Source: Basidiobolus ranarum
Taxonomy: Eukaryota
Direction: 5' to 3'
Assembly (NCBI GenBank): GCA_040143965.1
Contig: JASJQH010006910.1
Location: 1 to 42,383 of the forward strand
Length of the DNA: 42,383 nucleotides
The notes under the pieces: model-generated
Database searches by the model: none
Seen by the model: the letters and a program-made list of their open reading frames with translations, nothing else
Told to the model about the DNA's origin: nothing
Shown: one piece after another, positions 9,601 through 18,495 of the stretch
Position numbering within the stretch: position 1 is the stretch's first letter
How the letters are laid out: every line of letters begins with the position of its first letter
Program-made: the position numbers and the translations under genes

Positions 9601-11369
9601 ATGGATTCCATTGTTTGAGTCAAATTGGCAAGCAGTGATTCCTTACTGGCCATACATATACGAGATCCCGAAAGCAGAGTCGAAAATATGGTGACAACGG
9701 AAACATCAAAAGTATAGCTGGGAAACTGCAATATTCTATCATCGAATGATGGATTAAATACATCTTGTTGGCCTCGGATGAAGTTCACTACTGCAGCATG
9801 TTCAAGCATCACGCCCTTAGGGGCTCCGGTAGATCCAGAGGTATACAAAACGTAGCACAGGTTCCGCTGATGGAGATGCTCAACAACCAAATTCTCATCA
9901 GGTTGTTCCAACAATCTAGGATCCTGACTATCTATGAATTTGACGTCAAGTTCCGCGAATTTAGATCTGTAATTCGAAGAGCCTAAAACAACTGCTGCCT
10001 TCGTCTCTTGAATTATGAAATGGTTACGCTCATCAGGGTTGGAGGGATCCATTGGCACATACGCACCACCTGCTTTCAAAACAGCTAGCATAGCCACAAT
10101 CATATCTGTCGATTTGTCAAAACATAATGGCACCAGTGACTCAACTACAACTCCGGCCGCTCTAAGGTAATGTGCTATTCTATTTGCACGGTTGTTCAAC
10201 TCAGAATATGTTACAAATTCACTAGCCTCAAATTGCACCGCAATATTGTTTGGAGTACACAGTGCCTGTTCTTCAAATAGCTGATGAATGCATCCGTCAT
10301 GCGGTTGCTTTGTACTTCCGCCACTCCACTTGTTAAGTAACTCGTACTCTGATTGAGAGATAATACTGAAATCATTTACTCGAGTATCACCACTGGTAAC
10401 AATTCTCTCAAGTGATGTCTTCAGATGCTCCAGAATCCATTTGGCTTCTTCATGGGAGACCCAATTGTCATCATAGGCCATCGACAATTCGTGATACTTC
10501 GAACCAGTGAATATATCTAGCACTAGTGGATAATCAGCTGGCATAGAGGACTCGATCATCGTTAATCCAATAGAATTTATGAAAGAATTTGAATCATCCA
10601 CACCGAGATTCTGTATTACCAGAAGTGTATCGAATAACGACTCTTTCTGGTTTGCAATACAGTGTTTATGAATATCCTGTAGGCCAATATTCTGATAGCG
10701 ATATTGTTGCAATTGCTCGGCGTGCATACGAGCCAATGCTTCAATAAGCGTTGAATCCTCCTCAAAGTTAACACGGAGTGGCAATGTTGAGATACAAGGT
10801 CCGCAGATTCGCTCAATTCCTTCCACTGGAACGCTTCTTCCCGAATTGACAGTTCCAAAGACCACACTCGAGTTACCAGTATGATGTTTCAACACTATTG
10901 CCCAAGCCAAGTTGATGATTGTTGCTAAGGTGATATTGTGTTTAGCCGTAAATTCTGTGAAATCAACATGAATCTGCGCTGTAATGACATTATCTGCCTT
11001 CGCCTTCTGAGATAGAATTTCAGGCTTTGATATGCATGTCTTGGTGACACCATCAAGAATATCAGACCAGTAAGCAATTGATTCAGCTCTGCTAAGTTTC
11101 ACGTTGTAGCTGATGAACTGAGAGTAGGATGGCTTTGGGAGAATTACCTGTCCTTGATAAGCTGTCACAAGATCATTCAGCAACAGATCCATTGACCATC
11201 CATCGTACAACGTGTGATGAATAGTCCATATGAAATATGATTTTCCATGTTCACCGATTACTACAGTAAATCTAGTCAACAGCTTGCCACTTTCAACTCC
11301 GCGTTCTCGATCCAATACCAACACCTCCTGAAGTACTGCGTCGATTGACTCACAATCAGTTACATTCAC
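3657..11369 (-). CDS. NRPS segment: C3 (part)-A3-T3-C4-A4-T4-E-TE (N-part), 2570 aa
   Basis: Core motifs HHTLYDGWS, YTSGSTGAPKG, YGPTE, LGGDS, HHALYDGWS, YTSGSTGKPKG, HHYVIDLVSW, SRTVGWFT. Confidence 0.92.
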   Translation of the reverse strand: MNVTDCESIDAVLQEVLVLDRERGVESGKLLTRFTVVIGEHGKSYFIWTIHHTLYDGWSMDLLLNDLVTAYQGQVILPKPSYSQFISYNVKLSRAESIAYWSDILDGVTKTCISKPEILSQKAKADNVITAQIHVDFTEFTAKHNITLATIINLAWAIVLKHHTGNSSVVFGTVNSGRSVPVEGIERICGPCISTLPLRVNFEEDSTLIEALARMHAEQLQQYRYQNIGLQDIHKHCIANQKESLFDTLLVIQNLGVDDSNSFINSIGLTMIESSMPADYPLVLDIFTGSKYHELSMAYDDNWVSHEEAKWILEHLKTSLERIVTSGDTRVNDFSIISQSEYELLNKWSGGSTKQPHDGCIHQLFEEQALCTPNNIAVQFEASEFVTYSELNNRANRIAHYLRAAGVVVESLVPLCFDKSTDMIVAMLAVLKAGGAYVPMDPSNPDERNHFIIQETKAAVVLGSSNYRSKFAELDVKFIDSQDPRLLEQPDENLVVEHLHQRNLCYVLYTSGSTGAPKGVMLEHAAVVNFIRGQQDVFNPSFDDRILQFPSYTFDVSVVTIFSTLLSGSRICMASKESLLANLTQTMESMQVTMADFTPTVAGQIQPQDCPSLKKLICIGEMMTTSVRDIWAPHVQLSNGYGPTEAAVAVTYNHTLTTDTVCRNVGVPLPNNKIFILDSNLRVVPLGVVGELCISGVQLARGYLNRPDLTAKVFVENPVTPGERMYLTGDLARFNYDGSIEILGRKDNQIKLHGLRIELEEIEHIIHQQTSVANTCVLPVVINQETNHESLVAFIKFDDSDGNSNGEVAILTSDDEFITLQIDEIRGHISSRLPPYMMPSAFIPLTRMPINVSGKTDRKLLLNLVESMGTDDLYRFGKRGSDGSSSYFSETETVWLKLWSSILGLSEEYIGRNDSFFSLGGDSIVAIKLVAAARERGYDITVQKVFEYPTIAKLSQQCEPTEDRHAVNKEIERYALLGLNQEEVEALLNNEIQQSGISPDDVEDIYPCSPLQEALFAIGMNSNSDYLAQRVFLCDDDVDFERLKAAWISVIEANSILRTTVIFTNSGYSHLNGLQVVLGKNKIDWREVNIADDKVIDEILEEVLAIDRKCGIDVGKLLTRFTVLRCANGRSHFIWTIHHALYDGWSMDLMVDDLVTAYQRQVITERPPYSQFINFHAKLSRGEAIKYWSTILDGVTKSFISGSKPLFQKSEIQNSIKSKINIDFSEVTTKYNITLATVINLAWAIVLKYHTGNSDVVFGTVNSGRSVPVNGIDRICGPCISTLPLRVNLEEELTLGELMTRMHAEQLQQYRYQNIGLQDIQKECTDDQTGTLFDTLLVLQHLGTEDMDPLESSIGLAEVTTTMPADYPLVVQISTGSDEHEIAILYNDFMVSHEDVERISEHLKTALVNIVTNTNSRVRDFSIISNKEYELLNTWSGKTTKYTHTGYLHGLFEEQVVRTPSNIAVQFENSEFVTYLELNSRANRLSHYLRAAGVGVETLVPLCLDKSVNMVVAMLAVLKAGGAYIPIDPESPLERIQHIVKEVRAEIVITTRPYADNFEVQHLILIDDHQHLIQQYEDLNPTNGNLSPENLCYVIYTSGSTGKPKGVMLEHAAVCNFISGQREIWNITEDDSVLQFSSYSFDASVLDIYFPLYVGARICLASKDSLLSSLEEIMELMNVTCANLTTTIASRIHPGALPSLKRLQLGGEMMNATVRDRWAPYIQLSNGYGPTEAAVAVAIHSSLDKNTSCNNIGKPIGSNKLYLVDTNLQQVPLGVVGELCISGSQLARGYLNQPELTNESFVVNPFEDGTRLYRTGDLARFNMDGSILMIGRKDNQIKFNGLRIELDEIDHALHLHRQVSRACTLPLVVDMQAARKALVAFISFNGLTEENSEVVVLTDKDMKSCSLYINEIQVLAQKTLPHYMVPTIWIPLNRMPTNSSEKIDRNALSDLFIVHSSLHCEWNLYSTRAQPENDVERCIQQIWANVLGMPAETIGIHDTFRSLGGDSILAIQINSMCRKSMLQISVQSILQHQTISKLAEQAMLNSSGREIKDDVVGGLVELTPNQRMFLGMQQTNVNHFNQAWLLRVREKIDIALLRNSIHLLIKAHDIFRARFEQDSGKWQLRVYPISEVLYNVEHRYVESVEEVESHVHELQRSLDIINGPLFRFALYNIPNGEQLLFMTVHHYVIDLVSWQIIWDDLEQLLQGQECDYRSISFMKWSNMLADYSRTLDSTSWPDQTSTEPLQFEPDMLDRNTMGTTRLLSFKLDSYFSKLFANYCEKTSDVSILDFIIGSLAQSYCAIFGKKSMSVALELHGRQPWNSSIDISRTVGWFTAIYPVVVSVEEEDTIIDIIRQVVTLQHQIRGNEVNYGLLRYSNEIESSKMQSDPLQITLGYMPKSLEKSHSSTLLEKILPDSEYSFNLESISPEFRRQQIFNCMAHFVDDQFKASILYSEELHTEKQVQLWLESWESSMVTAIVSISRDPYAFSILSASLEKTFITPEKSTEITDVNSLDECMSLVCKSTSSPMFIIHCATGIATYFDLLRKYMRHTLYSISDPTLGTSTFFESIE

Positions 11370-11380
11370 CTCCTGCCAGT

Positions 11381-14300
11381 CTATATTTTTTTTCCCAGAA
11401 CTATTTGTAACCCATTCAAATGTGAATGAACCGAGTTTGCAAACACGATCGTAGTATGGAGAATAGGATTGGCCTCAATTACAGATATCCAGGCGGCTTT
11501 GAGACGATTAAAATCAACTTCATCACTGACAAATACTCGTTGAGTCAGGTAGTTAGACTTTGCTCTAAGACTGGTTGCGAATAAAGCTTCTTGCAGTGGT
11601 GCGCAAGGATAAATATCTTCAACTTCTGCTGGTAAAATACCATTGAGCTGAATTTCGTCATTTATCAACTTCTCTACTTCATCTTGGCTGAGTCGTAGTA
11701 GTGAGTATCTTTCAATCTCCTTAATCTCCGAGTGCTCATTCTCTAAAATGTCGCTTTGCTGTGCTAACTCTGCGATCGTAGGGAATTCGAATACTTGTTG
11801 GACAGTTGTATGATAGCCACGTTCTCGAGCAGCTGCAACTAGCTTAATGGCCACAATAGAGTCTCCACCCAAGCTGAAGAATGAGTCATATCTTCCGATA
11901 AATTCAGGTGATAAGCCCAATATGGATGACCAAATACTTACCCATTCTTTCTCGGTGTTAGTAAAATGCGACGGATCATCGCTCCGCTCGCGCCTTCCAA
12001 TCTTATAGAGATCTTCAGTGCTAATATCTTCTACTAGTTTAACAAGCAACTTTCTGTCTGTCTTTCCACTAATAGTCTTGGGAAGGTAGGTTATTGGTAC
12101 AAAGGCATTTGGCATCATATATGGGGGCAGCTTTGATAAAATATGACCACGAATTTCCTCGATCTGTGTAATCAGGTAATCGTCATGCCCTGTTACAATT
12201 GCGACTTCACTCGAGGTACTGTTATCCGTTATATCGAATTTGATAAACGCCACCAATGACCTGTGATTGGTCTCTTGATTAATAACCACCGGAAGAACAC
12301 AGTTGCTGCTCACACCTGGCTGTTGATGAATAATATGCTCAATCTCCTCCAGCTCGATTCTCAAACCATGGAGCTTAATCTGGTTTCCCTTTCTTCCAAC
12401 CAACTCGATAGTCCCATCATGATTGAACTTGGCCAAGTCGCCAGTGAGGTAGAGTCTCTCTCCGGGAGCGAAAGGATTATCAACAAAGGTATTTGCGGTG
12501 AGATCTGGCCTATTGAGATATCCTCGAGCAAGTTGAATACCAGAAACGCATAACTCGCCAACTGCTCCTAGTGGAACAATTCTCAGAGTGGAGTCGAGTA
12601 TCAGAATCTTGTTATTGGGTAACGGTCTTCCGAGGTTACTGCATGAGGTATGTAGGTCCACACTATCATTGTATAGTATCATTACCGCCGATTCTGTTGG
12701 ACCACCAGCATTAATCAGTTGAACATGTGGTGCCCAAGTATCACGCATAGCAATTGGCATCATTTCCCCCGTACTAATTAACCTCGTGAGGCTTGGGCAG
12801 GACTCTGGCTGGATTTCAGCAGCAACCGTGGGCGTAAGGATAGCACAAGTGATTCTCATTGATTCCATATTGTAGGCCAGATTTGATAGCAGCGATTCTT
12901 TACTAGCCATACATACGCGAGCTCCAGAGATTAATGTGCATAGAATCTCAATGACTGAAGCGTCAAATGTGTAACTGGCAAATTGCAACACATTATCATT
13001 ACAATCCAGGTTCCACTTATCCCGCTGACCAAGCATATAGTTGACCACAGAAGCATGCTCAAGCATAGCACCTTTAGGAGTTCCAGTAGTTCCAGAGGTA
13101 AATATGATGTAGCACAAGTTCCGATCATTGAGCAAGTCAATGACCGGATTGTCGGCAGATTGGTCCAACAATAAACGACTCTGGCTAACAATAGTTGTGA
13201 CCTCTAATCCGGCGAATTTCTCTGTGTATTCGGCGGTAGTCAAAATAACGGTGGCATTTGTCTCCTTGATTATAAAGTGATTACGCTCATTTGGATTTGC
13301 GGGATCCAAGGGAACATACGCTCCTCCAGCCTTATTGACTGCCAACATTGCCACAACCATCTCAATCGATTTGTCGAAACACAATGGTACAAGTGACTCC
13401 ACACCTACTCCAGCAGCTGTCAGGTAATGGGACAACCTGTTTGCCCTAATGTTCAGCTCGGAATATGTCACAAACTCACTGTGTTCAAATTGCACCGCAA
13501 TATTGTTTGGAGTAGCTATCACTTGTTCTTCAAACAATGTATGAATACAACCTTGAGCACTTTGTCCTTGAATAGAACTCGTGGCCTCGATATAGTTTAC
13601 ACTGCTTCCTGAATAAGAGAGAATCAGTCTCATCTCGTAGTCGGATACGATTGCAATGGCGTCCATGGTTGCTTCTTGGCTGGTACTGATAATTGCCTTC
13701 AAAATTTTATCTAACCTTCCAAGTATAAGATCTGCATGTAAAGGCATTAGAACGTTATGGTCATAATCCAACCGGTAGTCAATGCCTCCGATCCCAGCGT
13801 AAATGGAGAGAACCAGAGAGTATTCAGTAGGTTCTATAATTTTCTGCAGCTCAAAAGACAACTTCTCAGTATTATTTGTAATAGATTCACAGGCGTCAAA
13901 TAACTGAAAGTTAAAAAGGGAATCGAACTCTAGTGCTGCACCGTTTTTCTTACATGATTGCTTTATAGTTTGTAGCCCAACATGCTGGAATGGAATACTC
14001 GCGATAGTGTGCTTATATAGGCTCTGCAACCAGTCGCTTACGGCCATCTTACCATCGTAGATAACCCTGAGTGGTAAAGTATCGATACATGGACCGATTA
14101 CTTGGTCGATGTTTTTCATTTCAATGTTTCTACCATTCACTAGAGTTCCGTATGTACATTCATTCATTCCATAGAGTGAATGAAGGACTAGTCCCCAAGC
14201 TGCTTGAAACAATATCGAGGTAGTTATTCCAGTTTTGCTCGCATAGTCCTTTAAATCTTGCATAGAAATGTTGCATTTAGCTTTACATTGCAATTGCGAT

Positions 14301-17300
14301 TGCTCCTCCGCAAGGCTGTCTGTGATGCTTAGCTTCGGAAGTGCACAAGGTGCAACATTTAGCAAATAGTTGTTCCAAAATTCAGACTTATTTTCTTTCT
14401 CATCCTTCTTTTGTTCAAGGATATGGAATTGTATGAAGTCTCTGAAAGGAATCGTAGTTGGTCTGGACGTTTTATTGTATACTGCGGAGAGGTACTTCAT
14501 CACTATTCTATCTGACCAACCATCGTTTATCGCATGATGTCGACTGATAATCATTCTTGCTCTTCCATCGTTCTGTTCCATTAAACATATACGTATATTA
14601 GGTTTGCCGAGGGGAAATCCTTCTCTTACGTCTGCTGTAAGATATTCCTGCAAAACGGTTTCGGCCTCTTGGCTCTGTACCAAAAGATGATCCAGACTTA
14701 CATCAATTTGCTTCAACACGACTTGCAAGTATGTTCCAGATATATGTGTGGACAGTGGGTTGTTGATAAATACTGTTCGCATTATTGGTATATCCTGGAT
14801 TACGGTATTCCAAGTTGAGTATAATTCTTCAAAATCCCAGTGGCCAACCAACTCGTATACATCTTGAACGTGATACAAATTGGATGATCTCATGTTTCCA
14901 ATTATTAGGCCTTCTTGGATTGAAGAACAAGGAAAGATATCTTCAATCGCTTGGATAAAGTTTTCTCCATATTCCAATCTTGTCTTCTGAATCAAAAGGT
15001 CTACTTCAAGTGGGGTCAATGACAAAAGTGGAAGATCGGAGTTTGTAAAGCCTGATGCATTTGTATTGGCACATGTTACAATTGCCTCGCTGAGGGTATC
15101 ACGCCAGGACTGAAGCCATTGATGTATCTTCTCTTTGCTATGAAGAGCATTACTGAAGGAAATGGAGGCATGTAGGTTATTTTGCTTCATGGTTACTTCA
15201 GCTTCAATGGCATTCATTCGTCTCCACTTTGGACCGATCATGTTCAAATCAAAGCTATATTCCTCAGTTACATCCTGTAATAGGGAGTTCGCTTTTTCCA
15301 AATGCTGGAACCTGCCTAAGTAATTGAAACCAACTTGTAGGTGATCCTGAGCAAATACTGAAGTGGTTTTCTCGTTGAGGTAGCGAAGAAGACCATAATT
15401 GAAACCACGGTGTGGTATAATTTTGCGCAAATCTTTAGTTCGTACAAGAACATCAATTATCGATTCATCAGCATTAACTGAGATGTTCACTGGGTAAATA
15501 GTGGTAAACCAACCGATGGTTCGTGAGATATCAATTGAATCATCCCATGGCTCACGACCGTGTCCTTCTGTAGCAATAGCAAGAGAGGGAGCATTAAAAG
15601 TTTTGCAGTAAGATGCAGCAAGAGAGGAGAGCATGAAATCCACAGCCTCTGTTCTGTAGGCATCATTACTCACACTAAATAATAGATCGGTGTGCTCCTT
15701 CTGTAACGAAAAAGACAACGTTTGCACGGTATCCATGGTGTTGAGATGTAGTTTGGAAATATCAATATCCAGGGGTACTATTGGAGTTTGTACTGGCCAG
15801 TCAGTTAAGGCTAAAGATTCTGCGTGAGACCTTAGCAATCCACTCCAGGTTTTGAATGAAAGTGTCCTATAAGATAATGACTCTCCTCTGAGTAAACTCT
15901 CCAGATCTTCCCAGATGACACGCCAGGAGACTAAATCAATGATGTAGTGATGAATAGTCATAAATAGTAGCTGGTCTCCATTAGGAAGATCATAAAGTGC
16001 AAAAGACGATATTGGTCCAGACTCAAGATTGAGGCTTCTCTGAATTTCACCGACATTTTTCTTTAATTCCTCTAGGTTTTCTATCTGCGAGTGTGTAACC
16101 TTTACCGGGGCTTCATTTGCAGGTAGAATTTGTTGTCTCCAGCAGCCATCCGATCTTGTAAAACGAACGCGAAGCATTGCATGATGAACTGTGAGTTCCT
16201 TTAGTGCCTCCTTTAAGTCACATACCCTAATTGGAGTTTTAACTCTCACTAACCACGATAAATGGAAATGGTTGACATCTGACTGCTCAACACCAAAATA
16301 CTGACTCTGAATTGGAGTGAGCGGGATCACATTGTTCTCAGTGGTTTCGTCCGCCTCATCATATCCTACAAATCTACTGGAGATCTCTTCTGCATAGTTG
16401 CTTAGCTGGTGAATAGTGGGATACTCTAGAATTCTTTGTACTGATATTTTCACTCCCATTTGGCGACACATGGACGATACTTGAATAGCTGAAATGGAAT
16501 CACCGCCTAGATGGTAGAATGAATCAGTGGTTCCTATCTGATTAGGGTCAATGTTTAGCACATCTGCCCAGGCTTTTTGCAGGACTCTCTCCGTCTGCGT
16601 GCTTGGTTGTATCCTCTCAGCATTCGATTCCTGAGTAAGATGGCGTAGTTGATCTGAAGCAGTCTCTCGGAATATAGCTTCTAGTGCCTTGGAATCAGTC
16701 TTACCACTGGTATTAATGGGAATTCGGTTTAGAGGTACCCATACAGTTGGTATCATGTATTGAGGCAATGTTTTTCGAGCTGATTCCTGTAGAGCCGCGA
16801 TCTTTGGGGATGTCTCCGTACTCTTCAGTACTTGAACTGAATATTCTTCACTGACCATGCCTTGGAAGGTCACAAAAGCGACCAGTGTGCTCTTTCTCGC
16901 TGTGGATATCAATCTGACAGACGCGTGAGCAACTTCAGAACACTGATGTAGCGCATGTTCTACTTCATCCAGCTCGATACGCAGACCATTTAACTTTATC
17001 TGATTATCTTTACGCCCTAAGATTACGATCGATCCATCTGGATTGTATCTTCCGAGATCTCCAGTCTTATAAAGTCGTTCTCCTTTAGTAAAGGGAGAAT
17101 TAATGAAAGCCGGTTTCGTTAGATCGGGCCTATTTAGGTAACCCCGAGCCATCTGAGGACCGCTAAAACAGATTTCTCCAATGGCACCAAGTGGAACTAA
17201 CTCTAATTGGTCATTAAGAATAAATGCTTTGTTTCTACCTATCGGCCAGCCAATATTGTTACAGGCTGTATCAGAGCTTAATGACGTTCTAACCACAGTG

Positions 17301-18433
17301 TAGACCGTAGTCTCGGTAGGACCGTATCCATTGTGTAGATCCACTTCTTTAGCCCAGGAATCACGCACCGATCTAGTCATCATTTCACCACCCTGCTGCA
17401 GCATTCTAAGTGTAGGAATTTCATGAGGTCTGATTAAGCCTGCCACTGTGGTAGTTAACTGGGCTGCGGTGACACTCATAAGTCGTGCCATCTCAGCCAA
17501 ATTCGTGAGTAAATTATTTTTCGACGCCAAACAAATACGCGAACCTACAGTAAGATTCACAAAAAAGTCGAGAATAGATGCGTCAAAAGTGTAATTGGAG
17601 AATTGCAAGTAACGATCATCTTCACAAAGATTTAAAATATTTTGATGAGCGTTAATGTAATTTACCGCTGCCCTATGCTCTATCATTACACCTTTCGGTA
17701 CTCCTGTTGATCCTGAAGTAAATATTAAGTAACTGAGATTGGTTGAGATCAACCGAGGGACGACAGGATTAGTTTCGGAGTTTCTCGCGAATTGCTCGTC
17801 AATAGTGCTTTCTATTAGGATTAATTGAGGATTGGAGCATTCGTCGAAAATATTCATCAAATCCCTTGTAGTTAGACAAATAGTGGCCTTGGTTTCATTA
17901 ACAATGAAAGATACGCGCTCTTTTGGATATTCTGGATCAAGAGGGACGTAGGCACCACCAGCTTTGAGTATTGCCAGAAGGGCGACTACCATGTTAATTG
18001 ACTTCTCAAAACAGACGGGAACAATTGTTTCCGGGCCTACTCCAAGGTTGATGAGATAATGAGCCAGTCTATTAGAACGCAAGTTTAGTTGGGAATATGT
18101 GACCACTTCTTTGTCTTCAAATTGGAGAGCAATGTTATTCGGTGTTCTTTCCACCTGCCTCTCAAAGAGATGATGTATGCAGGATTCATCTAGCAACTCA
18201 TTGTAATCGTCTTTTTGTAGTTGCCATGTATGTAGGAAAAGGGATTTTTCTTCTTCAGGAGTCCAATTCAAGAAATTTAGAGGCAAATCAAGATTTGCAA
18301 TCAAGCTTCTAGCAATGTGAACGAATTGATTAGCTAGATGTTGGCCTTGGTCTTGTTCAAAATAGGCGCTGGAGAAGTTAAGTTGTACGTCGAGATACCC
18401 TTGGTCCAACCAAATTATGGCATAGACAGCCAG
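11381..18433 (-). CDS. NRPS segment: A1-T1-E-C2-A2-T2-C3 (N-part); exon 2 begins at 18433
   Basis: Core motifs FTSGSTGVPKG, YGPTE, LGGDS, HHYIIDLVSW, EGHGRE, HHAINDGWS, FTSGTTGTPKG, EDIYPCAPLQE. Acceptor TTAG at 18437-18434 gives LAVYAIIW in frame with the ORF at 18409. Confidence 0.92.
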   Translation of the reverse strand: MAVYAIIWLDQGYLDVQLNFSSAYFEQDQGQHLANQFVHIARSLIANLDLPLNFLNWTPEEEKSLFLHTWQLQKDDYNELLDESCIHHLFERQVERTPNNIALQFEDKEVVTYSQLNLRSNRLAHYLINLGVGPETIVPVCFEKSINMVVALLAILKAGGAYVPLDPEYPKERVSFIVNETKATICLTTRDLMNIFDECSNPQLILIESTIDEQFARNSETNPVVPRLISTNLSYLIFTSGSTGVPKGVMIEHRAAVNYINAHQNILNLCEDDRYLQFSNYTFDASILDFFVNLTVGSRICLASKNNLLTNLAEMARLMSVTAAQLTTTVAGLIRPHEIPTLRMLQQGGEMMTRSVRDSWAKEVDLHNGYGPTETTVYTVVRTSLSSDTACNNIGWPIGRNKAFILNDQLELVPLGAIGEICFSGPQMARGYLNRPDLTKPAFINSPFTKGERLYKTGDLGRYNPDGSIVILGRKDNQIKLNGLRIELDEVEHALHQCSEVAHASVRLISTARKSTLVAFVTFQGMVSEEYSVQVLKSTETSPKIAALQESARKTLPQYMIPTVWVPLNRIPINTSGKTDSKALEAIFRETASDQLRHLTQESNAERIQPSTQTERVLQKAWADVLNIDPNQIGTTDSFYHLGGDSISAIQVSSMCRQMGVKISVQRILEYPTIHQLSNYAEEISSRFVGYDEADETTENNVIPLTPIQSQYFGVEQSDVNHFHLSWLVRVKTPIRVCDLKEALKELTVHHAMLRVRFTRSDGCWRQQILPANEAPVKVTHSQIENLEELKKNVGEIQRSLNLESGPISSFALYDLPNGDQLLFMTIHHYIIDLVSWRVIWEDLESLLRGESLSYRTLSFKTWSGLLRSHAESLALTDWPVQTPIVPLDIDISKLHLNTMDTVQTLSFSLQKEHTDLLFSVSNDAYRTEAVDFMLSSLAASYCKTFNAPSLAIATEGHGREPWDDSIDISRTIGWFTTIYPVNISVNADESIIDVLVRTKDLRKIIPHRGFNYGLLRYLNEKTTSVFAQDHLQVGFNYLGRFQHLEKANSLLQDVTEEYSFDLNMIGPKWRRMNAIEAEVTMKQNNLHASISFSNALHSKEKIHQWLQSWRDTLSEAIVTCANTNASGFTNSDLPLLSLTPLEVDLLIQKTRLEYGENFIQAIEDIFPCSSIQEGLIIGNMRSSNLYHVQDVYELVGHWDFEELYSTWNTVIQDIPIMRTVFINNPLSTHISGTYLQVVLKQIDVSLDHLLVQSQEAETVLQEYLTADVREGFPLGKPNIRICLMEQNDGRARMIISRHHAINDGWSDRIVMKYLSAVYNKTSRPTTIPFRDFIQFHILEQKKDEKENKSEFWNNYLLNVAPCALPKLSITDSLAEEQSQLQCKAKCNISMQDLKDYASKTGITTSILFQAAWGLVLHSLYGMNECTYGTLVNGRNIEMKNIDQVIGPCIDTLPLRVIYDGKMAVSDWLQSLYKHTIASIPFQHVGLQTIKQSCKKNGAALEFDSLFNFQLFDACESITNNTEKLSFELQKIIEPTEYSLVLSIYAGIGGIDYRLDYDHNVLMPLHADLILGRLDKILKAIISTSQEATMDAIAIVSDYEMRLILSYSGSSVNYIEATSSIQGQSAQGCIHTLFEEQVIATPNNIAVQFEHSEFVTYSELNIRANRLSHYLTAAGVGVESLVPLCFDKSIEMVVAMLAVNKAGGAYVPLDPANPNERNHFIIKETNATVILTTAEYTEKFAGLEVTTIVSQSRLLLDQSADNPVIDLLNDRNLCYIIFTSGTTGTPKGAMLEHASVVNYMLGQRDKWNLDCNDNVLQFASYTFDASVIEILCTLISGARVCMASKESLLSNLAYNMESMRITCAILTPTVAAEIQPESCPSLTRLISTGEMMPIAMRDTWAPHVQLINAGGPTESAVMILYNDSVDLHTSCSNLGRPLPNNKILILDSTLRIVPLGAVGELCVSGIQLARGYLNRPDLTANTFVDNPFAPGERLYLTGDLAKFNHDGTIELVGRKGNQIKLHGLRIELEEIEHIIHQQPGVSSNCVLPVVINQETNHRSLVAFIKFDITDNSTSSEVAIVTGHDDYLITQIEEIRGHILSKLPPYMMPNAFVPITYLPKTISGKTDRKLLVKLVEDISTEDLYKIGRRERSDDPSHFTNTEKEWVSIWSSILGLSPEFIGRYDSFFSLGGDSIVAIKLVAAARERGYHTTVQQVFEFPTIAELAQQSDILENEHSEIKEIERYSLLRLSQDEVEKLINDEIQLNGILPAEVEDIYPCAPLQEALFATSLRAKSNYLTQRVFVSDEVDFNRLKAAWISVIEANPILHTTIVFANSVHSHLNGLQIVLGKKI

Positions 18434-18495
18434 CTAACAGAGATTGATAAGTATTAGTAAGTTGGATTAGAATGATTCTTAATAGAAACGTGTAC

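Noticed and set aside
11370-11400. Intron or two separate NRPS genes explaining the ORF break
   Set aside because: The translation is residue-for-residue colinear with the sister C4 domain across the break, leaving no room for an intron or intergenic region.
3227-13612. Many 60-140 aa ORFs antisense to or overlapping the NRPS (likewise within xfp, AEC, arrestin and kinesin)
   Set aside because: Shadow ORFs of long coding sequences, without motifs or independent signals.
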